Of a stretch of 64,000 nucleotides of DNA, positions 54,299 through 63,362 are shown one piece after another. Under the pieces are notes generated by a model, which saw only the letters and a program-made list of their open reading frames with translations, was not told the DNA's origin and did not search any database. The position numbers and the translations under genes were made by a program. The DNA comes from Candidatus Poriferisocius sp. Lineage in GTDB: Bacteria; Actinomycetota; Acidimicrobiia; Acidimicrobiales; Bin134. Location of the stretch: NCBI RefSeq assembly GCF_965204145.1, contig NZ_OZ241977.1, positions 2,114,840-2,178,839 of the forward strand, read 5' to 3'. How positions within the stretch are numbered: position 1 is the stretch's first letter; every line of letters starts with the position of its first letter.

Positions 54299-54721
54299 AT
54301 GCCGCCACAAGTAGTGGTTGACACCATGGTCGCCAGTGCCTGGCTCGCCAACCGCCAGGTAGAGCGCCAGGTTCGTTGGTTGAGGGTTCTGGCGCAGGCC
54401 CTATGGATACTCCCCTTCGTGGTCGTCGCCGAGATGCGCTTCGGGGCCGAGGTGGCCGGTTGGGGCCTTCGACGCAGAGCGAGGCTGGAGAACGTGATAG
54501 CGCGTGCCGCAGTAGTGCCTCCGCTTGAAGACATCACCGATGCGTATGTCGATCTACGAGCCTGGAGCGTTCGCAGCGGACACGGTCTGAGCGCCAAGAG
54601 CCACGAAGCCGACCGGTGGGTCGCCGCTGTCGCTATTGCCGGAGAACTCCCGCTCGCCACTGAGGACTCGATCTTCGACGACGTTCCTATGCTACGGCTC
54701 CTCGATCCAGATGGGGCCTAG
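54299..54721 (+). CDS. vapC: PIN-domain toxin (VapC family)
   Basis: VVVDTMVASAW..., FVVVAEMRFG, HEADRWVAAVAIAGELPLATED. Confidence 0.8.
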   Translation: MPPQVVVDTMVASAWLANRQVERQVRWLRVLAQALWILPFVVVAEMRFGAEVAGWGLRRRARLENVIARAAVVPPLEDITDAYVDLRAWSVRSGHGLSAKSHEADRWVAAVAIAGELPLATEDSIFDDVPMLRLLDPDGA

Positions 54722-54849
54722 ACGTTCTGCCCGCAGAGATTGCTAGCTCGACTGGGTAGGTCGGCTGTGGGGTGCGCATTGTCATTGTTTGAAGTGGCCA
54801 TGTTGGCCTGTAGCATGGCTCGCAGCCGTTGCGTACTGCGCGACACCAG

Positions 54850-57800
54850 ATGAACAAAACACAAATCAGGCTATTCCTCGGCCAGGAGATCGAGGATCCC
54901 GTAGAGCAAAAACTCATCAGCCGCTTGCGCCTTGATTTAGAGCAGCGCGGTGTTAGCGGTGCCTTGTACGCGAACTTCATCCCGCGACCCGGACAGCAGC
55001 GCCAGATCGACCTGCTCGTCCACACTGAAACCCACACAGCGCATGTAGAGATCAAGGGTTTCAATGCCAACTACCCGGTGCGCGGCCATGTGAACGGTCT
55101 TTGGGTTCAGATCCTTGCTGACGGGACAGAGCGGCAGATTACAAACGGCAGCTCGCAGGCCATTCGTGGCACCTACGCGATCAGCGACGCCATGCGAGAC
55201 CTTGCCAGGAAAGAGGGCGTCGCTGCGGTAGATAACAATTTTTCCAGTTATATCGACACGATCGTTGGATTGTGGGAAGCCATCCCCGAAGGATCAGAAA
55301 TTGAGCCACGAGCCCATGTGACCGTACTGGGTTACCAAGACCTCCTCGAGCGGCTAGTCAAACCCGGGCCATGTGTGCCGTGGACGCAAGAAGAGTGGGA
55401 TGAATTCGCCCGCCGCCACAGCCTCTTCCAGCCCGAAGACATCTCGCCTTCCGAGCAGAGCAGGCGCGACAGCCTCGAAATCATCGCTGATTACCGTCCA
55501 AGGGCCCGAGCCAGTCTCTCAGACGGTCTCGGGCCTCTGGTCGATCTGGGCGCAACTGACAACGATGGCACTGAATTGGCGGCAGACGACATCGACAACA
55601 TGGTCGCCGCTGGCAGAGTGGTCGCGATAACAGGCCACTCGGGAAGCGGCAAGACCTTTTTCGCTCGACATTTGGTTGTGAGACACTGCGATGCTGGTCG
55701 CTTGGTGGTCTGGGTTCGGGCCGCTGACTACGAGGGTCGATTCAGCGACTTGCTCAACTTGGCCACAGCTCCGTACAGCATCGAGCGGCGAAAAGACGTC
55801 ATTCGAGCCGCCGAAGAAACTGGAGTGGGCATATCTGTAGTGCTCGATGGTCTGAACGAGTGCCCGGAGAGCGAACGGACCGAACTACTGAAGCAATTGA
55901 AGGCGTTTTGCTTGCGACACTCCGCGGGAGTGCTGGTTACAAGCACTGTTGAGGAAGGTCTGGTCGGCACGCTAGGCGCGAAAATCTTGAACTCCAACGA
56001 GCCCGATGCAGAGACCAGGCTGGCGATCCTCCGCTCTTATGGCGCCCGACAGCCAGAGCGCATAAGCGACCAGTTCCGCTCGCCGCACGAACTGGCAATC
56101 GCCGCGGAGTGCGAAAGCGAGTTGGCCAATGGCGCATCGGTCGCAGACCTGCACGACGCCTTCGTCCGCCGACATGCCCCCACCGTACGAGTCCGAGCCG
56201 GCCTACGCTCCCTCGCCGCCAATCTTCACTCCCAATTCAGAACCAGCATGCCGCAACTCGATGCTGCGTCAGTCCTTAACTCGCCAAGCCTTGAATCTGA
56301 TGCCCGATTCGTCGACGAGGTCTTAGCCAATCCACTCATAGGGATTGACCGCCACCGTGTCCGTTTCCGCCACGAGCTATTCGGCCAATTCCTCGCCGCC
56401 GAGGATCTCGTCCGCTCCTCCAGCACCAGCCAACGCCTCGCTGCTCATCTCGACCTTCCGGTCAACAAGCCGCTCACTCAGACTGCCCTTCAAATCGAGC
56501 GAAACAGCCACCGGATCTGGGACGTGATCAAGGCGCTCTGCGATGAGTGGCTAATGCTCAGGGCACTCACAGGCGATTACGGCCCCGAAGTTGCCGCTCT
56601 CGCCGCTGCGGACATCCGAGACATTCTCCATGTCGGCATCGCCGCAGCCAACCCAGAGAACGCCTCCTTCGAGGCCTTCAAATCCGAAGATCAGGAGGGC
56701 TTTGCCTTAGGCGGGCGTTGGTCGACAAGCCGCCGGTGGTCAGAGACCGAACTGAAGCTGCTGGCCGCCGCAGGCAGGGGCTCGTACCGAGGCCTGCTCG
56801 TCGAAGAAGTCTGCGAGCTGATCGACAAGACCGATGAGCTGTGCCAGACCCAGGCGCGGCTCCTGCAAGCCGACGGCATAACCAACCCCATCTCGACGGT
56901 CGTAGAAGCGACGCTCAGCCAAATGGCGCACCAAGTAGACCGGGAGAATTGCGGGCTCGCTATGCCCTACGTCGCCGTCGCGTTCGAGTATGCCGCAATG
57001 GAAGCCCCGTTCAGTGGCCTTCGGGGCAGCACCGGGCTAGCAGGACGCTTGGCCAACGGCGCAGGCGACTACTCGTGGGGCCGCTACTACCTGGCGATGC
57101 TTGCAGTCAACCCATTCGATCCCACCGACCAAGCTGTCTTCGCCTCCCTGCTGCGTCGGGCTTGGGACGCCGGCGGATCCCCCTTGCAACTTAAAGCCCT
57201 ACACACAGCCACAGACTTAGGGCGTCACGGCGGAACCCAAGACCCGCACCGCTCCGAAATCGTCGACGTACTGCGCTCGATCGATACGAGCAATCTGATT
57301 CTGAGTACCTCGCTCCTCGAAGCACTCGCCGAATTCGACGAGATTGAAAGCGAAACCACAGTCGAGCAAGTTCACGACCGTATCCGACAAACCATCTCGC
57401 GCCCCGAAGATATGGAGAGCTGCCGTGCGGCCCGGAGCATCGTGGCCATGCAATACGAAACCCAGGAAGTCGTCGGCCCCTACCGCGAAGCAATCGGAGA
57501 ACTCACTGATACAGATTGGGCATGGCTTCTTACCATGGCCGCGCGTGGCTCCGATCCCAACTCATGGGACATCGATTCCCTGTTGGAGCAACTGTCGAAC
57601 CTCGTCCCCACTGGGAACGCCGCTCTCGATAACGCTGCCAAAGATGTGTTCGCGTCGTACCTAGACGGCCCGCCCGAAGACTCCACTATGCCGCAGGTGG
57701 CGTCAGCCGCATGTCGGGCTGCCATAAGCGGGTGGGCCCAATTCGAGTCTGAGATTCCACCAGGGCCAAATGACCCGACCCCAGCGCAAAGAAGCTGGCA

Positions 57801-58233
57801 CCTTATTGCCAGTCTGCTGCTCCGCCACGAGCAAGACGACGCCGCAGTGGATGCTGAAACACTCTGGAGCGCCCTCCTCTCCGAACCGGACCAAACAGTC
57901 GCGACCCTGGCCCACATCGACAGCACCGACAAGGAGCACTTGTGGGACCGCCAAGCACGAGCGCATTATCACCGCCGCGACCTCCCTCAACTAGCCGAAG
58001 ACTACCCAGAGTCCATGCGCCGCCTATTCGAGTGGGCGCTCGACAACCTGGCAGACATTCCCACTCACCCCATCATCCACAGAAAAGGCGTATTGGACTT
58101 CGCGATACGGATGCTCGGACTTGTAGGCACCGAGACCACCGCCGAGAAACTACGTGTCTACACCCTAGACCCGAAGGCCGGCAGCACCGCCGTCCAAGCC
58201 ATCAGGCAGATCAACAATCGAGCCGCCTCATGA
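54850..58233 (+). CDS. STAND NTPase: N-terminal NERD (nuclease-related) domain + NACHT P-loop module + about 700-aa helical-repeat C-terminal region
   Basis: NERD: GQEIEDPVEQKLISRL...QIDLLVHTETHTAHVEIKGF. NACHT: VVAITGHSGSGKTFFARHL (Walker A), ISVVLDGLNECPESE (Walker B). The Leu/Ala-rich C-terminus has no motif I recognise. ATG 54850. Confidence 0.8.
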   Translation: MNKTQIRLFLGQEIEDPVEQKLISRLRLDLEQRGVSGALYANFIPRPGQQRQIDLLVHTETHTAHVEIKGFNANYPVRGHVNGLWVQILADGTERQITNGSSQAIRGTYAISDAMRDLARKEGVAAVDNNFSSYIDTIVGLWEAIPEGSEIEPRAHVTVLGYQDLLERLVKPGPCVPWTQEEWDEFARRHSLFQPEDISPSEQSRRDSLEIIADYRPRARASLSDGLGPLVDLGATDNDGTELAADDIDNMVAAGRVVAITGHSGSGKTFFARHLVVRHCDAGRLVVWVRAADYEGRFSDLLNLATAPYSIERRKDVIRAAEETGVGISVVLDGLNECPESERTELLKQLKAFCLRHSAGVLVTSTVEEGLVGTLGAKILNSNEPDAETRLAILRSYGARQPERISDQFRSPHELAIAAECESELANGASVADLHDAFVRRHAPTVRVRAGLRSLAANLHSQFRTSMPQLDAASVLNSPSLESDARFVDEVLANPLIGIDRHRVRFRHELFGQFLAAEDLVRSSSTSQRLAAHLDLPVNKPLTQTALQIERNSHRIWDVIKALCDEWLMLRALTGDYGPEVAALAAADIRDILHVGIAAANPENASFEAFKSEDQEGFALGGRWSTSRRWSETELKLLAAAGRGSYRGLLVEEVCELIDKTDELCQTQARLLQADGITNPISTVVEATLSQMAHQVDRENCGLAMPYVAVAFEYAAMEAPFSGLRGSTGLAGRLANGAGDYSWGRYYLAMLAVNPFDPTDQAVFASLLRRAWDAGGSPLQLKALHTATDLGRHGGTQDPHRSEIVDVLRSIDTSNLILSTSLLEALAEFDEIESETTVEQVHDRIRQTISRPEDMESCRAARSIVAMQYETQEVVGPYREAIGELTDTDWAWLLTMAARGSDPNSWDIDSLLEQLSNLVPTGNAALDNAAKDVFASYLDGPPEDSTMPQVASAACRAAISGWAQFESEIPPGPNDPTPAQRSWHLIASLLLRHEQDDAAVDAETLWSALLSEPDQTVATLAHIDSTDKEHLWDRQARAHYHRRDLPQLAEDYPESMRRLFEWALDNLADIPTHPIIHRKGVLDFAIRMLGLVGTETTAEKLRVYTLDPKAGSTAVQAIRQINNRAAS

Positions 58234-58566
58234 GACCCGCCGTAGACCACTTCCTGACCCCTAGAAACAGCATGTCCAAGCGCTCAACGAGGATGCCATA
58301 ACAGATCGTAGGTCCGTAGATCGAGCCACGGTGGCGGAGTCGAGCACTGCCAATTCAACCTCGATGCCCTTGGACACTACATCTCGGTCCTTGAAACCGA
58401 ACAGGTGAATGAGGCTGTCGGCTATGAATTACAGGCACTCCTCCACCGATAGCAGACAATGGTCGCCTTCACAGTCAGGCAGCATCTCAACTGGGAACAG
58501 GGTTCCGCAGTCAATCGACTGGAAATGGCAACTGATGGCTGTCAGTCGCTCAGGCATACTGGCTTC

Positions 58567-59283
58567 ATGGAACCCACTGAGCAGATCTTGGAATGGGCCC
58601 GTGAGCACATTGACAAGCTATCTGAGGACATGACATGGACCCCGTCGCGATACGGAACCTTTGGTTACTGGCAAGCCATCAACCCACAAGTTCGGGGTGT
58701 GATTCGTGCACGGGCAACCGCTGCATTGGATTTCTTAGAACGCTTCACTGGACCCTCGTCCCTCTGGACCAAGACAGCTCACGACGTGTTTGAGAACAAT
58801 GGCGACAATCAGTCAATGGAGACCGGGGCTAGGGCAATAGGTGATGTACTTGAAGAGTGGTCCAATCTCGTTCGATCTGGCCAAATTAGGCCAAGACTCA
58901 CTGAAACGCTCGCTCTTCGACAGATTGCTTCAACCGAACTCCTTGAACAAGTTTGTGCACTAAACGCCGATCACAGTGTCACGCCTGCTGCACCCATCGT
59001 CCTGGCGGGTGCCGCTTTGGAGATTGCATTACGTTCAGCAGTAGAAGAACTCGGGCTCAGCATTTCAGGTCAGCCTGGCATCTCAACGTACGCAAGAACA
59101 CTCCGCAGCGCTGAAGTGCTGAACAAGCAGCACATTAAGGACATAGAACAAATGGCAGGGCTTCGTAACCAGGCTGCTCACGGGGAACACGATGCACTCA
59201 GTCGTGAGCGGTCGGGTCTGATGGAACAGCAAGTCAATATCTTCCTTAGAACCCTGGAGGAAGTAATCGAGAAATCGGCCTAG
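58567..59283 (+). CDS. Hypothetical protein with DUF4145-like C-terminus (tentative)
   Basis: C-terminal IEQMAGLRNQAAHGEHDALSRERSGLMEQQVNIFLRTLEEV resembles the R-N-x-x-A-H core of DUF4145, a domain common in restriction/defence neighbourhoods. Lower GC. Start uncertain (58525 or 58567). Confidence 0.45.
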   Translation: MEPTEQILEWAREHIDKLSEDMTWTPSRYGTFGYWQAINPQVRGVIRARATAALDFLERFTGPSSLWTKTAHDVFENNGDNQSMETGARAIGDVLEEWSNLVRSGQIRPRLTETLALRQIASTELLEQVCALNADHSVTPAAPIVLAGAALEIALRSAVEELGLSISGQPGISTYARTLRSAEVLNKQHIKDIEQMAGLRNQAAHGEHDALSRERSGLMEQQVNIFLRTLEEVIEKSA

Positions 59284-60839
59284 TCTCTATCTGTCCAAGA
59301 GGGGCGGGTCGACGCGGGGTGAGCTTGGGAGGGGTGGGCGGGTGGGGGGCTGATGTTGGTTTGGTAGTGAGTGGCTAGGGCTTTAGCCAACTGGTGGGAA
59401 TAGTGGGTGAGGCTTGCCTGATCGAGGGGTGGAGTTTTGCTGTTGGGTGTGTTGGTCAAAGTACCGTGGGCCGACTCGTAGGCATGAGTCATGGCATCGT
59501 AGCGATCAAGGATCAGATTCTTGGTGTGATACTCCCCATGCTTCTTCCTATCTTTACGTTCCACAATAGCAAAAGTGTCCATGATATATATGACGTCTTC
59601 GCGATTAACGCCATATAAGTGAAACATGAGGGCATCTAATTCGGCAAGGATCAGCGCTCGGCGTTCCTCGTCCCAGACAAATGGAGGACCAAAGCAATCC
59701 AGGGAATTTGCAAAACTCCTCAAATCCCACGCAGTATAAACTAATTCTAGAATTGCAGCAGAAATCATCGTTTCATGGGTGCGGACTTGATTACAAGACA
59801 AAACAGGGAATTGCTTCAAGTAACCCAGCGTAAGATTCGTCCCTCCTATCTTCTGTCGAGCGATGTAGTCCAACACAAAAGAGTTCAACACTGACAGGAG
59901 CAAATGAGGAGCTCGTGCGTCTCGGATTAGTGGTTCAGAATGCCCAACTGCAGCTAGTGGTAAAGCAGTACAAACTAACGTTCGTCCATTTGTGGAGCTA
60001 CTCGTAACGTTGTTGAATCCAAGAAGCCACCAGGAATTCATGCCAATTCGTTTGACAACCTCTTTTTCATTGACCCAATAATAGGGCTTCGCAGTAAACT
60101 GTGGCATCATTTTCTCTTCTAAACTCAAATACTGTGGTTGATTCTTCCGGTGTATCGCGGTAGGGCTCTTGATGACGTTTGCAGCCCGATGATCATAGAA
60201 AGATACCATCTTTCCTTCATACAATGGAAGGAACCGTTCTTCGAACCCCTCGTCATGTTGTCGCACATAGTGGTTGCCTTCCATCATCAAACCAGCCGCA
60301 TCTAACATTTCACTCTCATGAAATAAACCAGAATCATTGCTCATGTGGAACATACACTGGTAGGACATATTCCATGGGTTGCCTTCAGGACTCCCATCAA
60401 TGACAAGAGGGGCGACTCGACGGTAGATTGCCTTTGTTATTTCTGCATCTCGACTTGTTCGAAATACGGGACATGTTTTTGTATTCGGATTAAGAGAATA
60501 GAAATCACTTGTTGTTAGGGAAAAAGTTCTGTCTGCGTCATCAAGATCAGAAATTGTTTGCGCAAAGAAAGAAAACACGGCCTGATTCACCGGCGAATCA
60601 GAACCGGATAGCGTGAGCAGACAGAATTTCGTTCCCTTGTGAACTCCGTGAAAGAAATTCTCCCGATTTTCAAAATCATATAGGGAGACTAGCGAACTTT
60701 TTTCAACGAAGTCCTGAAAAAGATATTGGGACTTATATCGGATGGTGGCGAAAGCCATGCCTGAGCAGGCGTTATAGAGAAAGACAGGAAATATGGACGG
60801 ATTGAACAAGTTGTCGGCGCGCCGGAAAACGGCGGTCAT
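59280..60839 (-). CDS. Type IIG / PglX-like DNA methyltransferase homologue lacking the N-terminal catalytic half (possible truncated remnant)
   Basis: LVSLYDFENRENFFHGVHKGTKFCLLTL and FLPLYEGKMVSFYDHRAANV match the post-catalytic and target-recognition part of Eco57I/COG1002-type N6-adenine methylases. No motif I (GxG) or NPPY/W is present in the ORF or in the upstream frames. Very low GC. Confidence 0.55.
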   Translation of the reverse strand: MTAVFRRADNLFNPSIFPVFLYNACSGMAFATIRYKSQYLFQDFVEKSSLVSLYDFENRENFFHGVHKGTKFCLLTLSGSDSPVNQAVFSFFAQTISDLDDADRTFSLTTSDFYSLNPNTKTCPVFRTSRDAEITKAIYRRVAPLVIDGSPEGNPWNMSYQCMFHMSNDSGLFHESEMLDAAGLMMEGNHYVRQHDEGFEERFLPLYEGKMVSFYDHRAANVIKSPTAIHRKNQPQYLSLEEKMMPQFTAKPYYWVNEKEVVKRIGMNSWWLLGFNNVTSSSTNGRTLVCTALPLAAVGHSEPLIRDARAPHLLLSVLNSFVLDYIARQKIGGTNLTLGYLKQFPVLSCNQVRTHETMISAAILELVYTAWDLRSFANSLDCFGPPFVWDEERRALILAELDALMFHLYGVNREDVIYIMDTFAIVERKDRKKHGEYHTKNLILDRYDAMTHAYESAHGTLTNTPNSKTPPLDQASLTHYSHQLAKALATHYQTNISPPPAHPSQAHPASTRPSWTDRD

Positions 60840-60992
60840 ATACAAGCATCCGAATGACGGAACGCTGAACGGAGTCGATGGCGATATCGACCGCTGGGTG
60901 GACGACAAAGGAGTGCTGCACGTGTTCTTGGCACCGGGAGGATCGTTCCGGCTGAGCGATGAGCCAGACCGGGTTTGTACACCTAATACGAA

Positions 60993-61229
60993 CTAGCCCT
61001 CGTCGCACTCGGGAGCGCAATAGGCGCACCCGTTGATGCTCCAATCCGGGTATATCGCTCTAGCCAGTAGCACAGCCTCCCGACATGAGGGGCGCTCGAA
61101 TAGGTGGATCTGGTTTATGTCGTCGGGAAGGCACCCCTTCTCCTTGCCAACTGACAGATTGTGGAGTTCTCGCTGCCCCTTGTGCTTGCCTTCGGTCTGG
61201 GCGTTCTCGTTCAAGACGAAATGTGGCAT
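60993..61229 (-). CDS. Small Cys-rich hypothetical protein
   Basis: 78 aa ending INGCAYCAPECDEG; lies upstream and co-oriented with the methylase-like gene. Family not recognised. Confidence 0.3.
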   Translation of the reverse strand: MPHFVLNENAQTEGKHKGQRELHNLSVGKEKGCLPDDINQIHLFERPSCREAVLLARAIYPDWSINGCAYCAPECDEG

Positions 61230-61297
61230 GGGCCAAGGCTACAGAGCAGGCACTGGAATCAGGCACGCCATCAGGCGTGTTTTAGAGACATAAGACT

Positions 61298-61363
61298 CAA
61301 AGTCCGGGGAGCCCCAATCCTTCTAGCTGGGATTTCTTGTGCATCGGGGCTCTCCGGACTTTG
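61298..61363. repeat. 18-bp inverted repeat (17/18) with 30-nt spacer upstream of the IS1595 transposase
   Basis: caaagtccggGgagcccc (61298-61315) and ggggctcTccggactttg (61346-61363). Confidence 0.85.
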
Positions 61364-61483
61364 GACCACTGGGGTCGGTTGATAGAACTCCTCTTGCACA
61401 AGAATTACGGCAGGAAGGAGTGCGGAGTGCAACGAAATACACTGAGGATAAACTGTCATAGGTGCGTGATAACGTGGCGTCCG

Positions 61484-62488
61484 ATGAATGAAGAACGGAA
61501 GCGCCACAAAGCTCCTGGTAGAGCAGATCGCAACGGCATATCGCTATTCGACCTCATGGGAATGTTCCCCACTGACAAGGCAGCCGAGCAATGGCTGATC
61601 GAGCGCCGCTGGCCGAAGAAAGTCGCCTGCGTATCGTGCGGTTCGGTCAACGTGCAGACAGGAGCGAAGCACCGCACGATGCCGTTCCGCTGCCGCGAGA
61701 AGGGATGCGCAAAGAAGTTCAGCGTCAGGACCGGCACGGTCATGGAGGCATCCAATCTCGGTTACCAGACCTGGGTGTTCGCCATCTACATCGTGATGAC
61801 CAACTTGAAGGGCGTGTCGTCCATGAAGCTGCACCGCGACCTGGGCATCGGCCAGAAGGCGGCTTGGTTCCTGCTCCATCGTCTGCGCGAAGCAATGGCC
61901 GGCGAGGACATCCTGTTCTGCGGTCCCGTAGAGGCTGACGAAACCTACGTCGGCGGCTTGGAGAAGAACAAGCACAAGGACAAGCGCATGAAGGCAGCGG
62001 GCGGGCCTGTCGGCAAGGCCATCGTCGCCGGTGTGAAGGACCGCTGCTCCAACAGGGTGGCTGCCAGAGTCGTTCCCGACACGTCAGCCGACTCGCTGAT
62101 CGGGATGGTCTCAGACCACGCCGAGAAGGGAACGCTGGTGCTCACAGACGAGGCGAAGGGCTACCTTCCGCTCCGCAAGAAAGGCTACGGCCACAGGGCC
62201 GTAAAGCACTCGGTTGGCCAGTACGTAGACGGCATGGCACACACGAACGGGATCGAGTCGTTCTGGTCGCTGTTGAAACGCGGCTATCACGGCACCTATC
62301 ACCAGATGTCGCCGGAGCACCTTCATCGCTACGTGGCCGAGTTCCAGCACCGCCACAACGAGAGGCCATTCGACACCATCATTCAGATGGAGAGGGTGGT
62401 CAAGGACATGGACGGCAAGAGGCTCACCTACGAGGAGTTGATCGCAGACGGCGTGCGCGCCAACAGGGTCAGGGAGACGGCTTGTTGA
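61484..62488 (+). mobile_element. IS1595-family (ISXO2-like) transposase gene; element ends not determined
   Basis: N-terminal Zn-ribbon RRWPKKVACVSCGS...FRCREKGCAKKFSVRTGT, then WVFAIYIVMTNLKGVSSMKLHRDLGIGQKAAWFLLHRLREAM, DETYVGG, TDEAKGY, NGIESFWSLLKRGYHGTYHQMS. I could not find matching terminal inverted repeats. Confidence 0.8.
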
Positions 62489-62498
62489 GCGAGCGGTC

Positions 62499-62526
62499 CC
62501 TATTTGCAAAAAATTTGCCAAATAGG
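62499..62526 (+). terminator. Hairpin downstream of the transposase gene (cctatttgcaaa-aaa-tttgccaaatagg)
   Basis: 12 bp stem with one bulged C, 11 nt after the stop. A second GC-rich hairpin ggccggggg-agtggac-cccccggcc lies at 62561-62585. Confidence 0.45.
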
Positions 62527-62657
62527 AACAGAGCTAGGCTACAATACATATAGCCCTGATGGCCGGGGGAGTGGACCCCCCGGCCTAAGGCTGCTAGTAG
62601 CCACGTAGCAACCCTGCACTGATCCTATTCACGCACAGGGCACGCTTTCAACCCATT

Positions 62658-62846
62658 TCAAGGCGATTTCCGCAACTTACGACTCTGGTTCCTGATCGCG
62701 TCCACCAAGCCCTGTGCGTCAGGCTCCGACTGGCCAAACGGGGAGCGCTTCCTGGGAAATCTGCGGCTTTTGGATGCTTGGCTGGCGATCTCGTCCAGTG
62801 CTTCGGCAACGATCTTGCGAACGTCCTTCTCGTCTTGCGGATTCAT
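62658..62846 (-). CDS. Small hypothetical protein (62 aa)
   Basis: ATG 62846 preceded by AAGGAGAG; basic C-terminus. Last gene of a three-gene minus-strand cluster. Confidence 0.45.
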   Translation of the reverse strand: MNPQDEKDVRKIVAEALDEIASQASKSRRFPRKRSPFGQSEPDAQGLVDAIRNQSRKLRKSP

Positions 62847-62863
62847 TGGCTCTCCTTGTGGTT

Positions 62864-63361
62864 TCAATTGCGTATGTTTGGCAGATACCCCAGTCGCACG
62901 CACTCGTCGTCTGACGACAGCCGGGAATCGCGGGTATCGAAGATCGCTCCGGGCACTCTCGGCCCCGGATACCTCCCGTATGCGTCAACCATGAACTCGC
63001 ATATCCACGCCCAAGCATCCGGGGCCGAGTCCTCCGGTGCTTCTAGGACATGCGCGCTCAGCTCGTGGAACATGGTTTCTAGGGAGCGGAACTCCCTGTT
63101 CAGTGCGTCGTGATCCTCTCTGAGTGTCAATAGAGCGTCTGCCAGGGAGCCGAGTTGCGTCTCCATGTCCTCAATCTCCGATGACGAGTCGGACTGCAAT
63201 GCCAATTCGACTGCCTGCGGCGGCGCTGGAACACTGTCCGCAAGCACCGCCGTTCCCGCGGTTGTTGCAGTGCCCGGTTCCTGTGCCCTACACCCTGCAA
63301 GCACAATGCCGAGCAAGATGGCGCAGAACAGCGCAATATGCTTCTGTCGAGATGCTCTCAT
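62864..63361 (-). CDS. Putative lipoprotein
   Basis: MRASRQKHIALFCAILLGIVLAGC lipobox; central coiled-coil-like segment (EIEDMETQLGSLADALLTLREDHDALNREFRSLE). Confidence 0.55.
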   Translation of the reverse strand: MRASRQKHIALFCAILLGIVLAGCRAQEPGTATTAGTAVLADSVPAPPQAVELALQSDSSSEIEDMETQLGSLADALLTLREDHDALNREFRSLETMFHELSAHVLEAPEDSAPDAWAWICEFMVDAYGRYPGPRVPGAIFDTRDSRLSSDDECVRLGYLPNIRN

Positions 63362-63362
63362 G

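Noticed and set aside
58234-58566. Possible small ORFs or gene remnants between the NACHT gene and the DUF4145-like gene (e.g. 58409-58633)
   Set aside because: The translations have no recognisable motif and poor coding character. I treated the region as 5' UTR or intergenic DNA, with an uncertain start for the downstream gene.
60772-61044. Upstream frames searched for the missing methyltransferase catalytic domain
   Set aside because: The translations (e.g. MEHQRVRLLRSRVRRGLVRIRCTNP...) show no SAM-binding or NPPY/W motif, so no frameshifted N-terminal half is evident here.
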